Assembly: GCF_058153355.1 (NCBI RefSeq)
Contig: NZ_CM177019.1
DNA: 64,000 bases
Direction: 5' to 3' (one strand)
Under the pieces are notes generated by a model. It saw only the letters and a program-made list of their open reading frames with translations. It was not told where the DNA came from and did no database searches. Below, in pieces: positions 42,098 to 52,365 of this stretch (its first letter is position 1; the number at the start of each line of letters is the position of its first letter). A program made the translations under genes and the position numbers.

Positions 42098-44200
42098 ATG
42101 AAGATTTTTTCCGTCCGACAGACCGTTTTGCCCGCACTGCTTGTCCTTTCCCCCGTTGTTTTTGCCGCTGATGAACAGACTATGATTGTCAGTGCCGCAC
42201 CGCAGGTGGTTTCAGAACTGGATACCCCAGCAGCAGTAAGCGTGGTGGATGGCGAGGAGATGCGCCTGGCAACACCGCGCATTAACTTGTCCGAATCACT
42301 GACCGGCGTGCCTGGTTTGCAGGTACAAAACCGGCAGAACTATGCGCAAGATTTACAGCTGTCGATTCGCGGATTTGGCTCCCGCTCCACTTACGGTATT
42401 CGCGGTATTCGCCTGTATGTGGACGGTATTCCCGCCACCATGCCCGACGGGCAAGGGCAAACATCCAACATCGATTTAAGCAGTGTGCAAAATGTGGAAG
42501 TGCTGCGTGGCCCCTTTTCTGCCCTGTATGGCAACGCGTCTGGCGGTGTAATGAATGTCACCACCCAGACCGGGCAACAGCCACCAACCATTGAAGCCAG
42601 TAGTTACTACGGCAGTTTTGGCAGCTGGCGCTATGGGCTGAAAGCAACGGGCGCAACGGGAGACGGCACACAGCCCGGTGATGTCGATTACACCGTCTCA
42701 ACCACGCGTTTTACGACCCACGGCTATCGTGATCATAGTGGCGCACAGAAAAATTTAGCCAATGCCAAACTGGGTGTACGCATTGATGACGCCAGCAAAT
42801 TAAGCCTGATTTTCAATAGTGTGGATATCAAAGCAGATGACCCTGGTGGGCTAACCGAAGCAGAATGGAAGGCGAATCCGCAACAAGCGCCACGCGCTGA
42901 ACAGTACGACACGCGAAAAACCATCAAGCAAACTCAGGCTGGGTTGCGCTATGAACGTAGCCTAAGTTCGCAGGATGATATGAATGTGATGATGTATGCC
43001 GGAGAACGAGAAACGACCCAGTACCAGTCAATCCCAATGTCCCCCCAACTTAACCCATCGCATGCGGGCGGTGTGATTACTCTACAACGTCATTACCAGG
43101 GGATAGACAGCCGCTGGACACACCGTGGCGAACTGGGTGTTCCGGTCACGTTCACTACCGGCCTGAACTACGAAAACATGAGTGAAAACCGTAAAGGCTA
43201 CAACAACTTCCGCCTGAACAGCGGTGTGCCGGAGTACGGGCAAAAAGGTGAGTTGCGCCGCGACGAACGCAATCTGATGTGGAACGTCGATCCTTATTTA
43301 CAAACGCAGTGGCAGCTGACCGAAAAACTGTCGCTGGATGCTGGCGTGCGCTACAGCTCCGTATGGTTTGATTCCAACGATCATTACATTACTCCGGGTA
43401 ACGGCGATGACAGTGGTGATGCCAGTTATCACAAATGGCTACCAGCCGGATCGTTAAGATATGCAATGACCGATGCCTGGAATATCTATCTGGCAGCCGG
43501 GCGTGGTTTTGAAACGCCGACGATTAATGAGCTGTCTTATCGTGCTGACGGTCAAAGCGGTATGAACTTTGGTTTAAAACCATCCACCAACGATACAATT
43601 GAGATCGGCAGTAAAACGCGTATTGGTGATGGGCTGCTTAGTCTCGCATTGTTCCAGACCGACACCGATGATGAAATTGTTGTCGATAGCAGTAGCGGTG
43701 GACGTACGACTTATAAAAATGCCGGAAAGACCCGTCGTCAAGGTGCTGAGCTGGCATGGGATCAACGTTTCGCGGGAGATTTTCGCATAAAAGCGTCCTG
43801 GACCTGGCTTGATGCGACCTATCGCAGCAATGTGTGCAATGAACATGATTGTAACGGTAACCGGATGCCAGGGATCGCCCGTAATATGGGCTTTGCGTCG
43901 ATAGGTTATGTACCGGAAGATGGCTGGTATGCAGGCACGGAAGCGCGTTATATGGGCGATATTATGGCCGATGATGAAAATACGGCCAAAGCGCCGTCTT
44001 ATACTCTCGTCGGCTTATTCTCCGGGTATAAATACAATTACCACAATTTAACTGTGGATTTATTTGGTCGTGTCGATAATTTATTCGATAAAGAATACGT
44101 TGGTTCTGTCATTGTCAATGAGTCGAACGGGCGATATTACGAACCTGCGCCCGGGCGAAATTATGGTATCGGCGTGAATGTTGCGTGGCGATTTGAGTGA
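42098..44200 (+). CDS. yncD: TonB-dependent outer-membrane receptor
   Basis: 700 aa; signal peptide, plug and barrel, C-terminal aromatic residue. Confidence 0.85.
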   Translation: MKIFSVRQTVLPALLVLSPVVFAADEQTMIVSAAPQVVSELDTPAAVSVVDGEEMRLATPRINLSESLTGVPGLQVQNRQNYAQDLQLSIRGFGSRSTYGIRGIRLYVDGIPATMPDGQGQTSNIDLSSVQNVEVLRGPFSALYGNASGGVMNVTTQTGQQPPTIEASSYYGSFGSWRYGLKATGATGDGTQPGDVDYTVSTTRFTTHGYRDHSGAQKNLANAKLGVRIDDASKLSLIFNSVDIKADDPGGLTEAEWKANPQQAPRAEQYDTRKTIKQTQAGLRYERSLSSQDDMNVMMYAGERETTQYQSIPMSPQLNPSHAGGVITLQRHYQGIDSRWTHRGELGVPVTFTTGLNYENMSENRKGYNNFRLNSGVPEYGQKGELRRDERNLMWNVDPYLQTQWQLTEKLSLDAGVRYSSVWFDSNDHYITPGNGDDSGDASYHKWLPAGSLRYAMTDAWNIYLAAGRGFETPTINELSYRADGQSGMNFGLKPSTNDTIEIGSKTRIGDGLLSLALFQTDTDDEIVVDSSSGGRTTYKNAGKTRRQGAELAWDQRFAGDFRIKASWTWLDATYRSNVCNEHDCNGNRMPGIARNMGFASIGYVPEDGWYAGTEARYMGDIMADDENTAKAPSYTLVGLFSGYKYNYHNLTVDLFGRVDNLFDKEYVGSVIVNESNGRYYEPAPGRNYGIGVNVAWRFE

Positions 44201-44208
44201 TTATCTTG

Positions 44209-44230
44209 ATGCCCGGTATTTGCCGGGCAT
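44209..44230. terminator. Bidirectional hairpin between yncD and mcbR
   Basis: atgcccgg tatttg ccgggcat. Confidence 0.55.
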
Positions 44231-44235
44231 TTAAT

Positions 44236-44901
44236 TTAACGATTATATTGCTGGTATAACATAGCAACATTTTGTTGCATAATTTCAGCAAGACAATGTC
44301 TGCATCGCTCTTTGTCTTTTACTTTCAACGCGGCGAGTAGTTCATGATAGCTTTCTATACGATCCTGTAATTCCGCTGGATTAATCGCTTCATAGAGATA
44401 ATGTAAACCAGGTCCCATCCTGACCCACAGTTGCTCAATCATCTCACACAGGATGGGCATATTTGAACGATGATAAATCGCTAAGCGAAATAACCTGTTC
44501 GCATTAATGATTTGTTCCATGTCGCCCTTTTCTTGCGCCTGCTGTAATTTATCGAGCAATTTCTGAAGTTCCGCTATATCTTGCGAGGAGAGGTTTTCTA
44601 CAGCCAGAGCAACTGCCATTAATTCCAGTTCGTAGCGGATCCGATTGATTTCGTCTAATTGACCTTTCCCCACTTCCGGTACTGTAAATGCTTGCGCTGG
44701 TGCGACAGAGAGCGCATTCACCGAAACCAGACGTAATAATGCTTCACGCACGGGTGTAATACTCATACCTAATTGCTCCGCCAGATTTTTAGTAATCAGG
44801 CGTGCGCCAGGTTTTAGTGCGCCAATACTTAGTTGATGTTTCAGGTCGTTCTCAACCTGCATAGTCAAACTGACATGTTTCATTTTTTCCGTTCCAGGCA
44901 T
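44236..44901 (-). CDS. mcbR: GntR-family transcriptional regulator McbR (YncC)
   Basis: 221 aa from MPGTEKMKHVSL..; winged-HTH N-terminus. Confidence 0.85.
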   Translation of the reverse strand: MPGTEKMKHVSLTMQVENDLKHQLSIGALKPGARLITKNLAEQLGMSITPVREALLRLVSVNALSVAPAQAFTVPEVGKGQLDEINRIRYELELMAVALAVENLSSQDIAELQKLLDKLQQAQEKGDMEQIINANRLFRLAIYHRSNMPILCEMIEQLWVRMGPGLHYLYEAINPAELQDRIESYHELLAALKVKDKERCRHCLAEIMQQNVAMLYQQYNR

Positions 44902-45099
44902 TTTACTTCCTTCGCGTGTTTTCTTTCCGACCCTGCCTGCATAGCAGAAGGCGTTCACCTGGTGTGTTAAAATGAATAATCATAAGCCACTCACCTTTGT
45001 AGTTATTAGCAGCAGAACAATGATGTGGTCAGTTAATTAAAGCTGAAAATAAGCTTTTTGCCTGGATTTTTATGGCGGCCTTACGCCGCCGTTGAAACT

Positions 45100-46137
45100 T
45101 TAATCATCATCCGCCACGCGGATCACCACTTTGCCAAAGTTTTTACCCTTCAGCAGGCCGATAAACGTCTGTGGGGCGTTCTCCAAACCGTTGGTAATTT
45201 GTTCACGATAGTGAATTTTCCCCTCTTTCACCCATTGTCCCATCTCCTGCTGAAACTCATGGATACGGTGACCATAATCCTGACCAATAATAAACCCTTG
45301 CAAGCGAATGCGTTTTTTCAGCACCGTTGCCATCAACAGGGGTAAACGATCCGGACCGGGTGGTAGCTCTGTAGCGTTATAGCTGCTCACTAAGCCGCAG
45401 ACGGGAATGCGCGCGGATGTATTGAGTAACGGTAGCACCGCATCAAATACCTTACCGCCAACGTTTTCATAATAAATATCGATACCTTTTGGGCACGCTT
45501 TCGCCAGTTGCTCGGCAAAATCATCCGCGTGATGGTCAAGGCAGACATCGAAGCCCAACACCTCGGTAGCATGGCGGCATTTTTCCGCGCCACCAGCTAC
45601 CCCCACCACTCTGCAACCTTTAAGTTTGCCGATTTGCCCCACCGTCGCCCCCACTGGTCCTGTCGCTGCAGCTACCACCAACGTTTCGCCTTCTTTGGGC
45701 TGACCGATATCCAGCAGGCCCATATAAGCGGTAAAGCCTGGCATCCCCAGCACACCCAGCGACCACGATGGATTTTGCGGATGATCGCCAAGTTTCACCA
45801 AATCATCACCACTGGATATGTCATAGTCCTGCCATCCACTGTAGCCCAGCACCCAGTCACCAGGCTGGTAATCAGGATGATTAGACTCCACAACACGGCT
45901 CACCGTACCGCCGACCATCACGCCGTCAATGTCAACCGGCGGTGAATAAGATGGCTCATCGCTCATACGTCCACGCATATACGGGTCCAGTGACAAATAA
46001 ACTGTGCGCAGTAATACCTGTCCTTCACCCGGTGTGGCGACATCATCTTCTTCAAGACGAAAATTCTCCGCAACCGGCGCGCCATGCGGACGCGAGGCCA
46101 GAACCCAACGGCGGTTACGCTGCTTTTGTTGCCCCAT
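45100..46137 (-). CDS. curA: NADPH-dependent curcumin/dihydrocurcumin reductase
   Basis: 345 aa from MGQQKQRNRRWVLASRPHG..; MDR family. Confidence 0.85.
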   Translation of the reverse strand: MGQQKQRNRRWVLASRPHGAPVAENFRLEEDDVATPGEGQVLLRTVYLSLDPYMRGRMSDEPSYSPPVDIDGVMVGGTVSRVVESNHPDYQPGDWVLGYSGWQDYDISSGDDLVKLGDHPQNPSWSLGVLGMPGFTAYMGLLDIGQPKEGETLVVAAATGPVGATVGQIGKLKGCRVVGVAGGAEKCRHATEVLGFDVCLDHHADDFAEQLAKACPKGIDIYYENVGGKVFDAVLPLLNTSARIPVCGLVSSYNATELPPGPDRLPLLMATVLKKRIRLQGFIIGQDYGHRIHEFQQEMGQWVKEGKIHYREQITNGLENAPQTFIGLLKGKNFGKVVIRVADDD

Positions 46138-46317
46138 AATGCTCTCCTGTGCTTTTGGCATGAATCCATCAATAGTAGCAGGCTCGCAGGATTGGTTTTG
46201 TTTGCAGTCGTCACATCCCCTCTGCAACACGCAATAATTTCATCGAGGAATCCGTTGCTTCGGGCTGTTTTCGATAGTATTGATAACGTCATTATCATTA
46301 TTTTATCGAGGCCAGAC

Positions 46318-46833
46318 ATGTCCATCCGTTTTGCCCGCAAAGCCGACTGTACTGCCATTGCGGAAATTTATAACCACGCCGTGTTGTATACGGCGGCTAT
46401 CTGGAATGACCAAACGGTGGATGCAGATAACCGCATTGCCTGGTTTGAAGCGCGGACCATAGCAGGTTATCCGGTGCTGGTGAGTGAAGAAGATGGCGTA
46501 GTGACGGGATATGCCTCGTTTGGCGACTGGCGTAGTTTCGATGGTTTTCGCCATACCGTGGAGCATTCGGTTTATGTCCATCCTGATCATCAGGGCAAAG
46601 GTCTTGGGCGTAAATTGTTAAGCCGATTGATTGATGAAGCGCGGGATTGCGGGAAGCATGTTATGGTCGCCGGGATCGAATCGCAAAATCAGGCTTCGCT
46701 GCATCTCCACCAGTCGCTGGGATTTGTCATCACCGCACAAATGCCGCAGGTGGGCACTAAATTTGGGCGCTGGCTGGATCTGACATTTATGCAGTTGCAA
46801 CTCGACGAACGCAGTGAACCGGACGCAATCTGA
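46318..46833 (+). CDS. mnaT: GNAT N-acetyltransferase (methionine derivative acetyltransferase)
   Basis: 172 aa from MSIRFARKADCTAIAEIYNH.. Confidence 0.85.
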   Translation: MSIRFARKADCTAIAEIYNHAVLYTAAIWNDQTVDADNRIAWFEARTIAGYPVLVSEEDGVVTGYASFGDWRSFDGFRHTVEHSVYVHPDHQGKGLGRKLLSRLIDEARDCGKHVMVAGIESQNQASLHLHQSLGFVITAQMPQVGTKFGRWLDLTFMQLQLDERSEPDAI

Positions 46834-47282
46834 TGAATCAGTCGCTTACCCTTGCCTTTTTGATTGCCGCAGGGATTGGTCTGGTCGTCCAGAACACGCT
46901 AATGGTGCGCATCACCCAGACCTCCTCTACCATTCTCATCGCCATGTTGCTGAACTCACTGGTAGGGATTGTGCTCTTTGTTTCTATTTTATGGTTTAAA
47001 CAAGGCATGGCGGGGTTTGGCGAACTGGTGTCCAGCGTACGCTGGTGGACACTTATACCCGGCTTGCTGGGATCTTTTTTTGTCTTCGCCAGTATCAGCG
47101 GATATCAGAATTTGGGAGCGGCGACAACTATTGCAGTACTGGTCGCCAGCCAGCTAATTGGCGGTCTGGTGCTGGATATCTTCCGCAGTCATGGCGTACC
47201 ACTACGGGCGTTGATCGGCCCAATTTGTGGCGCAATTTTACTTGTGGTTGGTGCCTGGCTGGTGGCCAGGCGCACATTTTAA
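46833..47282 (+). CDS. ydcZ: DMT-superfamily membrane protein
   Basis: 149-aa membrane ORF; start overlaps mnaT stop (TGATG). Confidence 0.8.
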   Translation: MNQSLTLAFLIAAGIGLVVQNTLMVRITQTSSTILIAMLLNSLVGIVLFVSILWFKQGMAGFGELVSSVRWWTLIPGLLGSFFVFASISGYQNLGAATTIAVLVASQLIGGLVLDIFRSHGVPLRALIGPICGAILLVVGAWLVARRTF

Positions 47283-47517
47283 TCAGAGGATGGTGCCGCC
47301 TTTGGTTAACTGTTCGTGGCGCGCTTCCATATCCTTCTTTATGCTTGCGACCGTGATGGGCGATCGCTGTGCGCAGACGCTGCTGCTGGGTGTAGCGATC
47401 TTCCCGACTTAACTCCGCGTCATCGCTCAGGGCGATTAATAATTCGTTCATATGGGCAATGACGCTCTCTTCAATCGCGGCATCCACGCGCGCGATGACT
47501 TCATCCAGATGCGACAT
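47283..47517 (-). pseudogene. ydcY: ydcY with apparent +1 frameshift (extra G near 47333-47334)
   Basis: As written the ORF runs 129 codons antisense into ydcZ; removing one base from the GG run gives a 77-codon ORF ending at TGA 47283-47285 exactly at the ydcZ boundary. Confidence 0.55.
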
Positions 47518-47602
47518 ACTTTCTCCTTAGCCACTTGTGAAATTTATCGATTCATCCAAATGATATAAGTCTGCGTGGTGCCGTCAAGCCAGTGCGTAAG
47601 AT

Positions 47603-47776
47603 TTAAAACAGTGAAAACAACAGCGCCACCGGGAAACTCATCGGCCATGTTGCCCCCACCAGAAAGGCGCTTAAGAAACGGATGCGTTTCTTATCGTGAG
47701 AAAGAAACCAGGTGATAAGAAATGCGATTGCTGCCATAACCGCATAAAAAACAAGCATGTGTTGATAGAGAGACAT
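47603..47776 (-). CDS. ortT: Orphan toxin OrtT (YdcX), small membrane protein
   Basis: 57 aa MSLYQHMLVFYAVMAAIAFLITWFLSHDKKRIRFLSAFLVGATWPMSFPVALLFSLF. Confidence 0.8.
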   Translation of the reverse strand: MSLYQHMLVFYAVMAAIAFLITWFLSHDKKRIRFLSAFLVGATWPMSFPVALLFSLF

Positions 47777-47970
47777 GTACGGGCGTCCAGCCAGATGAAT
47801 AAAACGCGCGCAAATATGCGTCATATCTTGACGTGCATCAAGTTTTTTCACCAGTTTGAGAAAAAATCATCAAACAGCAACTTGCCCTTATCCATCTTCA
47901 GAATGAGTATTATTGCGGATTTTCTTAACCCGTACTATACACATAGGGGCAATGATAAAAGGTGGCAAAA

Positions 47971-48066
47971 ATGAATGTTTCCAGTAGAACTGTAGTACTG
48001 ATAAATGTCTTTGCTGCTGTTGGTTTGTTTACTCTTATCTCTATGAGATTTGGCTGGTTTATTTGA
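47971..48066 (+). CDS. yncL: Small membrane protein YncL (31 aa)
   Basis: MNVSSRTVVLINVFAAVGLFTLISMRFGWFI; single TM; GGTGG 5 nt upstream; below the ORF-track cutoff. Confidence 0.6.
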   Translation: MNVSSRTVVLINVFAAVGLFTLISMRFGWFI

Positions 48067-48162
48067 TGTAGTGATTTTGCACGCAGCACGTACTGTCAGA
48101 GAAATCAACTCTCTGACAGTACGCAAGATCTTCTCATACTCTTACGATCTGCAATATTATCC

Positions 48163-49587
48163 TTAATGCTTAACCATGACGTGGCGGACGACGGTGTAAT
48201 CCTCCAGCCCATAAAGTGACATATCCTTGCCGTAACCAGAAAGTTTCTGCCCACCGTGCGGCATTTCACTTACCAGCATGAAATGGGTATTGACCCAGGT
48301 ACAACCATATTGCAGCCGTGCGCTGACGCGATGCGCCCTGCCCACATCTTTCGTCCATACCGAAGATGCAAGTCCGTACTGGCTGTCATTCGCCCAGTTC
48401 ACCACCTGTTCTTCATTGTCAAAGGCCGTCACGCTCACCACCGGACCAAATACCTCTTTTTGCACGATGGCATCGTCCTGTAACGCGCCAGCCAGCAGCG
48501 TAGGCGCGTAGTAATAACCATTACCCTTGCGCTTTTCACCACCGGTGATCACTTTGATGTGCCCTGTCTCTTTCGCCTCTTCTACCGCCTTGCTGACACG
48601 TTCGAGATGTGCCAGCGAACTTAACGGTCCAAGCTCTGTGGACTCGTCATCCGGCGCACCCGATTTTAACGTTGCCACTGCAGCACCGAGTTTTTCCACC
48701 AGCGTATCGTAAATACCTTTTTGCGCGTAGATCCGACAAGCCGCAGTACAATCCTGTCCGGCATTGTAATAGCCAAAAGTACGAACACCTTCGACCACTG
48801 CTTCAATATCAGCATCATCAAAAACAATCACTGGCGCTTTGCCACCAAGTTCCATATGAGTACGCTTAATAGACGGCGCTGTATGGCTGATGATGTGCTC
48901 GCCGGTGGCGATAGAGCCCGTCAGCGACACCATCCGCACTTTGGGATGTCCGGTCAGCGGATCGCCCACTGTTTTGCCTCTGCCAAACAGCACATTAATC
49001 ACGCCAGCCGGGAAGATATCTTTCGCCAGTTCAGCCAGCTTCAACGCTGTCAGCGGCGTAATTTCTGATGGTTTAAGCACTACGCAGTTCCCTGCCGCCA
49101 GCGCCGGAGCCAGTTTCCACGCGGCCATCATCAGCGGATAATTCCACGGTGCGATAGAAGCCACGACCCCCAACGGATCCCGACGGATCATTGAAGTATG
49201 ACCTTCAAGGTATTCGCCGGCCGCCAGACCATTGAGGCAGCGCGCCGCCCCGGCGAAAAAGCGAAAGACATCGACAATCGCCGGAATTTCATCATTGAAC
49301 GCACTATGCAGCGGTTTGCCACAATTACGGGACTCCAGTTCGGCAAAAACCTGACCATTTTCTTCAATAACATCGGCCAGTTTCAGCAGGCATTCCGCAC
49401 GCGCTTTCGGCGTGGTTTGCCCCCATTCGGCAAATGCTGCATCTGCCGCGCGAACAGCAGCATCCACCTGCTCTGCGGATGCCTCGGCAATCTCCAGTAA
49501 AACGTCCCCCGTTGCCGGATTATAGACAGGCTGTTTTTCCCCTTCGCCGCTAACCAGTTCTCCGTTAATCAGTAACTTATGTTGCAT
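48163..49587 (-). CDS. patD: Gamma-aminobutyraldehyde dehydrogenase
   Basis: 474-aa aldehyde dehydrogenase. Confidence 0.9.
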   Translation of the reverse strand: MQHKLLINGELVSGEGEKQPVYNPATGDVLLEIAEASAEQVDAAVRAADAAFAEWGQTTPKARAECLLKLADVIEENGQVFAELESRNCGKPLHSAFNDEIPAIVDVFRFFAGAARCLNGLAAGEYLEGHTSMIRRDPLGVVASIAPWNYPLMMAAWKLAPALAAGNCVVLKPSEITPLTALKLAELAKDIFPAGVINVLFGRGKTVGDPLTGHPKVRMVSLTGSIATGEHIISHTAPSIKRTHMELGGKAPVIVFDDADIEAVVEGVRTFGYYNAGQDCTAACRIYAQKGIYDTLVEKLGAAVATLKSGAPDDESTELGPLSSLAHLERVSKAVEEAKETGHIKVITGGEKRKGNGYYYAPTLLAGALQDDAIVQKEVFGPVVSVTAFDNEEQVVNWANDSQYGLASSVWTKDVGRAHRVSARLQYGCTWVNTHFMLVSEMPHGGQKLSGYGKDMSLYGLEDYTVVRHVMVKH

Positions 49588-49608
49588 AGCATATTCCTGT
49601 ATCAGTGG

Positions 49609-50403
49609 TTATTGACCATTGTCGCCTTCGCGGGTTAGCCACCAGGCTCCCAGGATCGGCAAGGTTGTTACCAACATAACCAGCAGTGCCACGACGTTGG
49701 TTACCGGTACATCACGTGGTCGCCCAAGCTGATTGAGCAACCACAACGGTAACGTTCGTTCATGACCTGCCGTAAAGGTCGTCACGATGATTTCATCGAA
49801 CGACAAAGCAAACGCCAGCATTCCTCCTGCCAGAAGCGCCGAACTGAGATTCGGCAACACTACGTAGCGGAAGGTTTGCCAGCCATTGGCCCCAAGATCC
49901 ATTGACGCCTCAACCAGACTCCAGGAGGTGCGGCGAAAACGGGCGATGACATTGTTAAACACCACCACTACGCAAAAAGTCGCATGACCGACCACGATGG
50001 TGAAAAATCCCGGCTCCAGATTGATGGTTTTAAAAGCAGTTAATAGCGCCAGACCAGTGACAATGCCCGGCAGCGCAATGGGCAGCAGCAATAACAATGA
50101 AATGGCGCTTTTACCGAAAAAGTCCCGACGCCACAGCGCAGCAGCGGCCAGTGACCCTAATACCAGCGCAATTAATGTCGCCAGCGCCGCCACTTTAAGT
50201 GACAGTGTCACAGCATCAAGAATATCACTACGCTGTGCTGCCACGCTAAACCAGCGCAGCGTCAGGCCTTGCGGTGGAAAACTAAACGCCGCATCTTCAG
50301 TGTTAAACGCATAGGCGGCGATAATCAGGATGGGGAAATGTAGGAAAACCACGCCGCCCCAAGCCGCCAGTTTGAGGAAAAACGGTGCGCGTTCAGAGTG
50401 CAT
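49609..50403 (-). CDS. ydcV: ABC transporter permease
   Basis: 264 aa; polyamine-type permease fold. Confidence 0.85.
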   Translation of the reverse strand: MHSERAPFFLKLAAWGGVVFLHFPILIIAAYAFNTEDAAFSFPPQGLTLRWFSVAAQRSDILDAVTLSLKVAALATLIALVLGSLAAAALWRRDFFGKSAISLLLLLPIALPGIVTGLALLTAFKTINLEPGFFTIVVGHATFCVVVVFNNVIARFRRTSWSLVEASMDLGANGWQTFRYVVLPNLSSALLAGGMLAFALSFDEIIVTTFTAGHERTLPLWLLNQLGRPRDVPVTNVVALLVMLVTTLPILGAWWLTREGDNGQ

Positions 50404-51334
50404 CGAACGCTCCCAGACGTTTCACGAACGCCAGGTACAGTGCGATGAGAACAATCGGCACCAGGGTGAATGCCGCCGCCATCGGCATATTGCCAATCGC
50501 CCCCTGCTGGGAATAAACCATATTGCCGATAAAATATCCTGGAGGGCCAACCAGCTGCGGAACGATAAAATCGCCCAGTGTGAGTGAAAAGGTAAAGATA
50601 GAGCCAGCGGCAATACCCGGGATCGCCAGCGGCAGCACCACATAGCGAAAGGTTTGCCGTGGACGCGCGCCAAGATCAGCCGACGCCTGCAACAATGACG
50701 GCGGCAAACGCTCAAGCGCCGCCTGCACGGGCAGGATCATGAACGGCAGCCAGATATAGAGAAACACCAGAAAGCGCCCCAGCCCGGAAGTTGACAACGT
50801 GTTACCGCCCACCGCGGGTAATGTAAGGAACGCTGTCAGCAGTGGTTCCAGCCCCAGATGTTGTAAAAACCACTGCGCCACGCCATCTTTTGCCAGCAAT
50901 AATGTCCAGGCATAAGCTTTAACAATGTAGCTTGCCCACATTGGCAGCATCACCGCAATATAGAAGAACGCTTTCATTTTCCCGCTGGTATAGCGCGCCA
51001 TATACCACGCCATCGGAAAAGCCAGAATGGCGCTGGCGATAGTGACAGCCACAGCCATGGTTAGCGTGCGAAGGATGATGTCGTAATTCGCCGGATTAAA
51101 CAGCGCGCGGATATTCGCCAGCGTCAGTTCTGGCGTTACCGACATGGTGAAATCGTCAAAGGTATAAAAGCCCTGCCATAATAGCGTCAGCAGCGAGCCG
51201 AAATAGATGATACCAAACCACATCAGCGGACCAAGCAGCAGCAAAAACAGCCCCAGTCCCGGTTTCCGCCAGAAGAATCCTGACACCTTACCCAGATTTG
51301 GACGTGAAGGTGATTGCAATACGTTCATCGCCAT
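50393..51334 (-). CDS. ydcU: ABC transporter permease
   Basis: 313 aa. Confidence 0.85.
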   Translation of the reverse strand: MAMNVLQSPSRPNLGKVSGFFWRKPGLGLFLLLLGPLMWFGIIYFGSLLTLLWQGFYTFDDFTMSVTPELTLANIRALFNPANYDIILRTLTMAVAVTIASAILAFPMAWYMARYTSGKMKAFFYIAVMLPMWASYIVKAYAWTLLLAKDGVAQWFLQHLGLEPLLTAFLTLPAVGGNTLSTSGLGRFLVFLYIWLPFMILPVQAALERLPPSLLQASADLGARPRQTFRYVVLPLAIPGIAAGSIFTFSLTLGDFIVPQLVGPPGYFIGNMVYSQQGAIGNMPMAAAFTLVPIVLIALYLAFVKRLGAFDAL

Positions 51335-52348
51335 TCACCTCTCCTCAACCAGCGGCACCATTACATCGCGCGACCAGGAAACCATCACCTGTTGTCCGGG
51401 CGTGAGCGTGGCAGGCAGTTCTTCGCCTGTGATATTGGCCTGACTCACCAGCAGTTTTTCACCGCCATTCAGTCTCAGTTCAAAACGGGTCGCCGCGCCC
51501 TGATACTGCACCGCCTGGATCGTGCCATTAACTTGCACTTCGCCGGGGGTGTTGAGGCGGATATGTTCCGATCTCAGGGCAAAACTGCCTATCATGCCGC
51601 AAAGATTCTCGGCCATTAGCGGCTCAAAAACGTTGGATGTCCCGACGAATCCGGCAACAAACGGCGTGCGCGGACGCATATAGAGATCGCGCGGGGAATC
51701 GACCTGCTCAATACGACCGTTGTTGAATACCGCAACACGATCGGACATCGATAACGCTTCGCCCTGATCGTGGGTGACGAAAATAAAGGTGATGCCAAGA
51801 GACTATTGCAGCTTTTTCAGCTCCAGTTGCATCTGCTCACGCAGCTTAAGATCCAGCGCGCCGAGCGGTTCATCCAGCAGCAATACGCGCGGTTCATTCA
51901 CTAACGCTCTGGCAATGGCAACCCGCTGACGCTGACCACCAGAAAGTTGTGACGGTTTACGTTGCTGTACAAATCCGAGCGCCACTTTCTCCAGCGCCTC
52001 TTGCGCCATTACGTGTCGCTGTTTTTTATCCACCCCTTTGACCATCAGCCCATAGGCCACGTTGTCAAGAATCGACATATGCGGAAAAAGCGCGTAGTCC
52101 TGGAAAACGGTATTCACGTCCCGCTCCCACGGTGGCAGATTGCTGGCGGGTTTACCAAAGATAGATATAGTCCCGCCGGAAAGCTGTTCGAATCCAGCAA
52201 TCAGGCGCAGGCAGGTGGTTTTGCCGGAGCCAGACGGCCCCAGCATTGAGAAAAACTCACCATCTTTTATCGCAATACTGACACCATCTACCGCGCGCAC
52301 ATCACCATACAGTCGCGATACGTTGTCAAACTCCACTGCGTACGTCAT
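51335..52348 (-). pseudogene. ydcT: ABC transporter ATPase interrupted by an in-frame TAG (complement of 51803-51805)
   Basis: Track ORFs 51803..52348 and 51335..51748 are in the same phase (337 codons in total); stop lies between ..LELKKLQ and SLGITFIFVTHDQ. Confidence 0.85.
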
Positions 52349-52365
52349 AAAACACCCCAGCGAAG

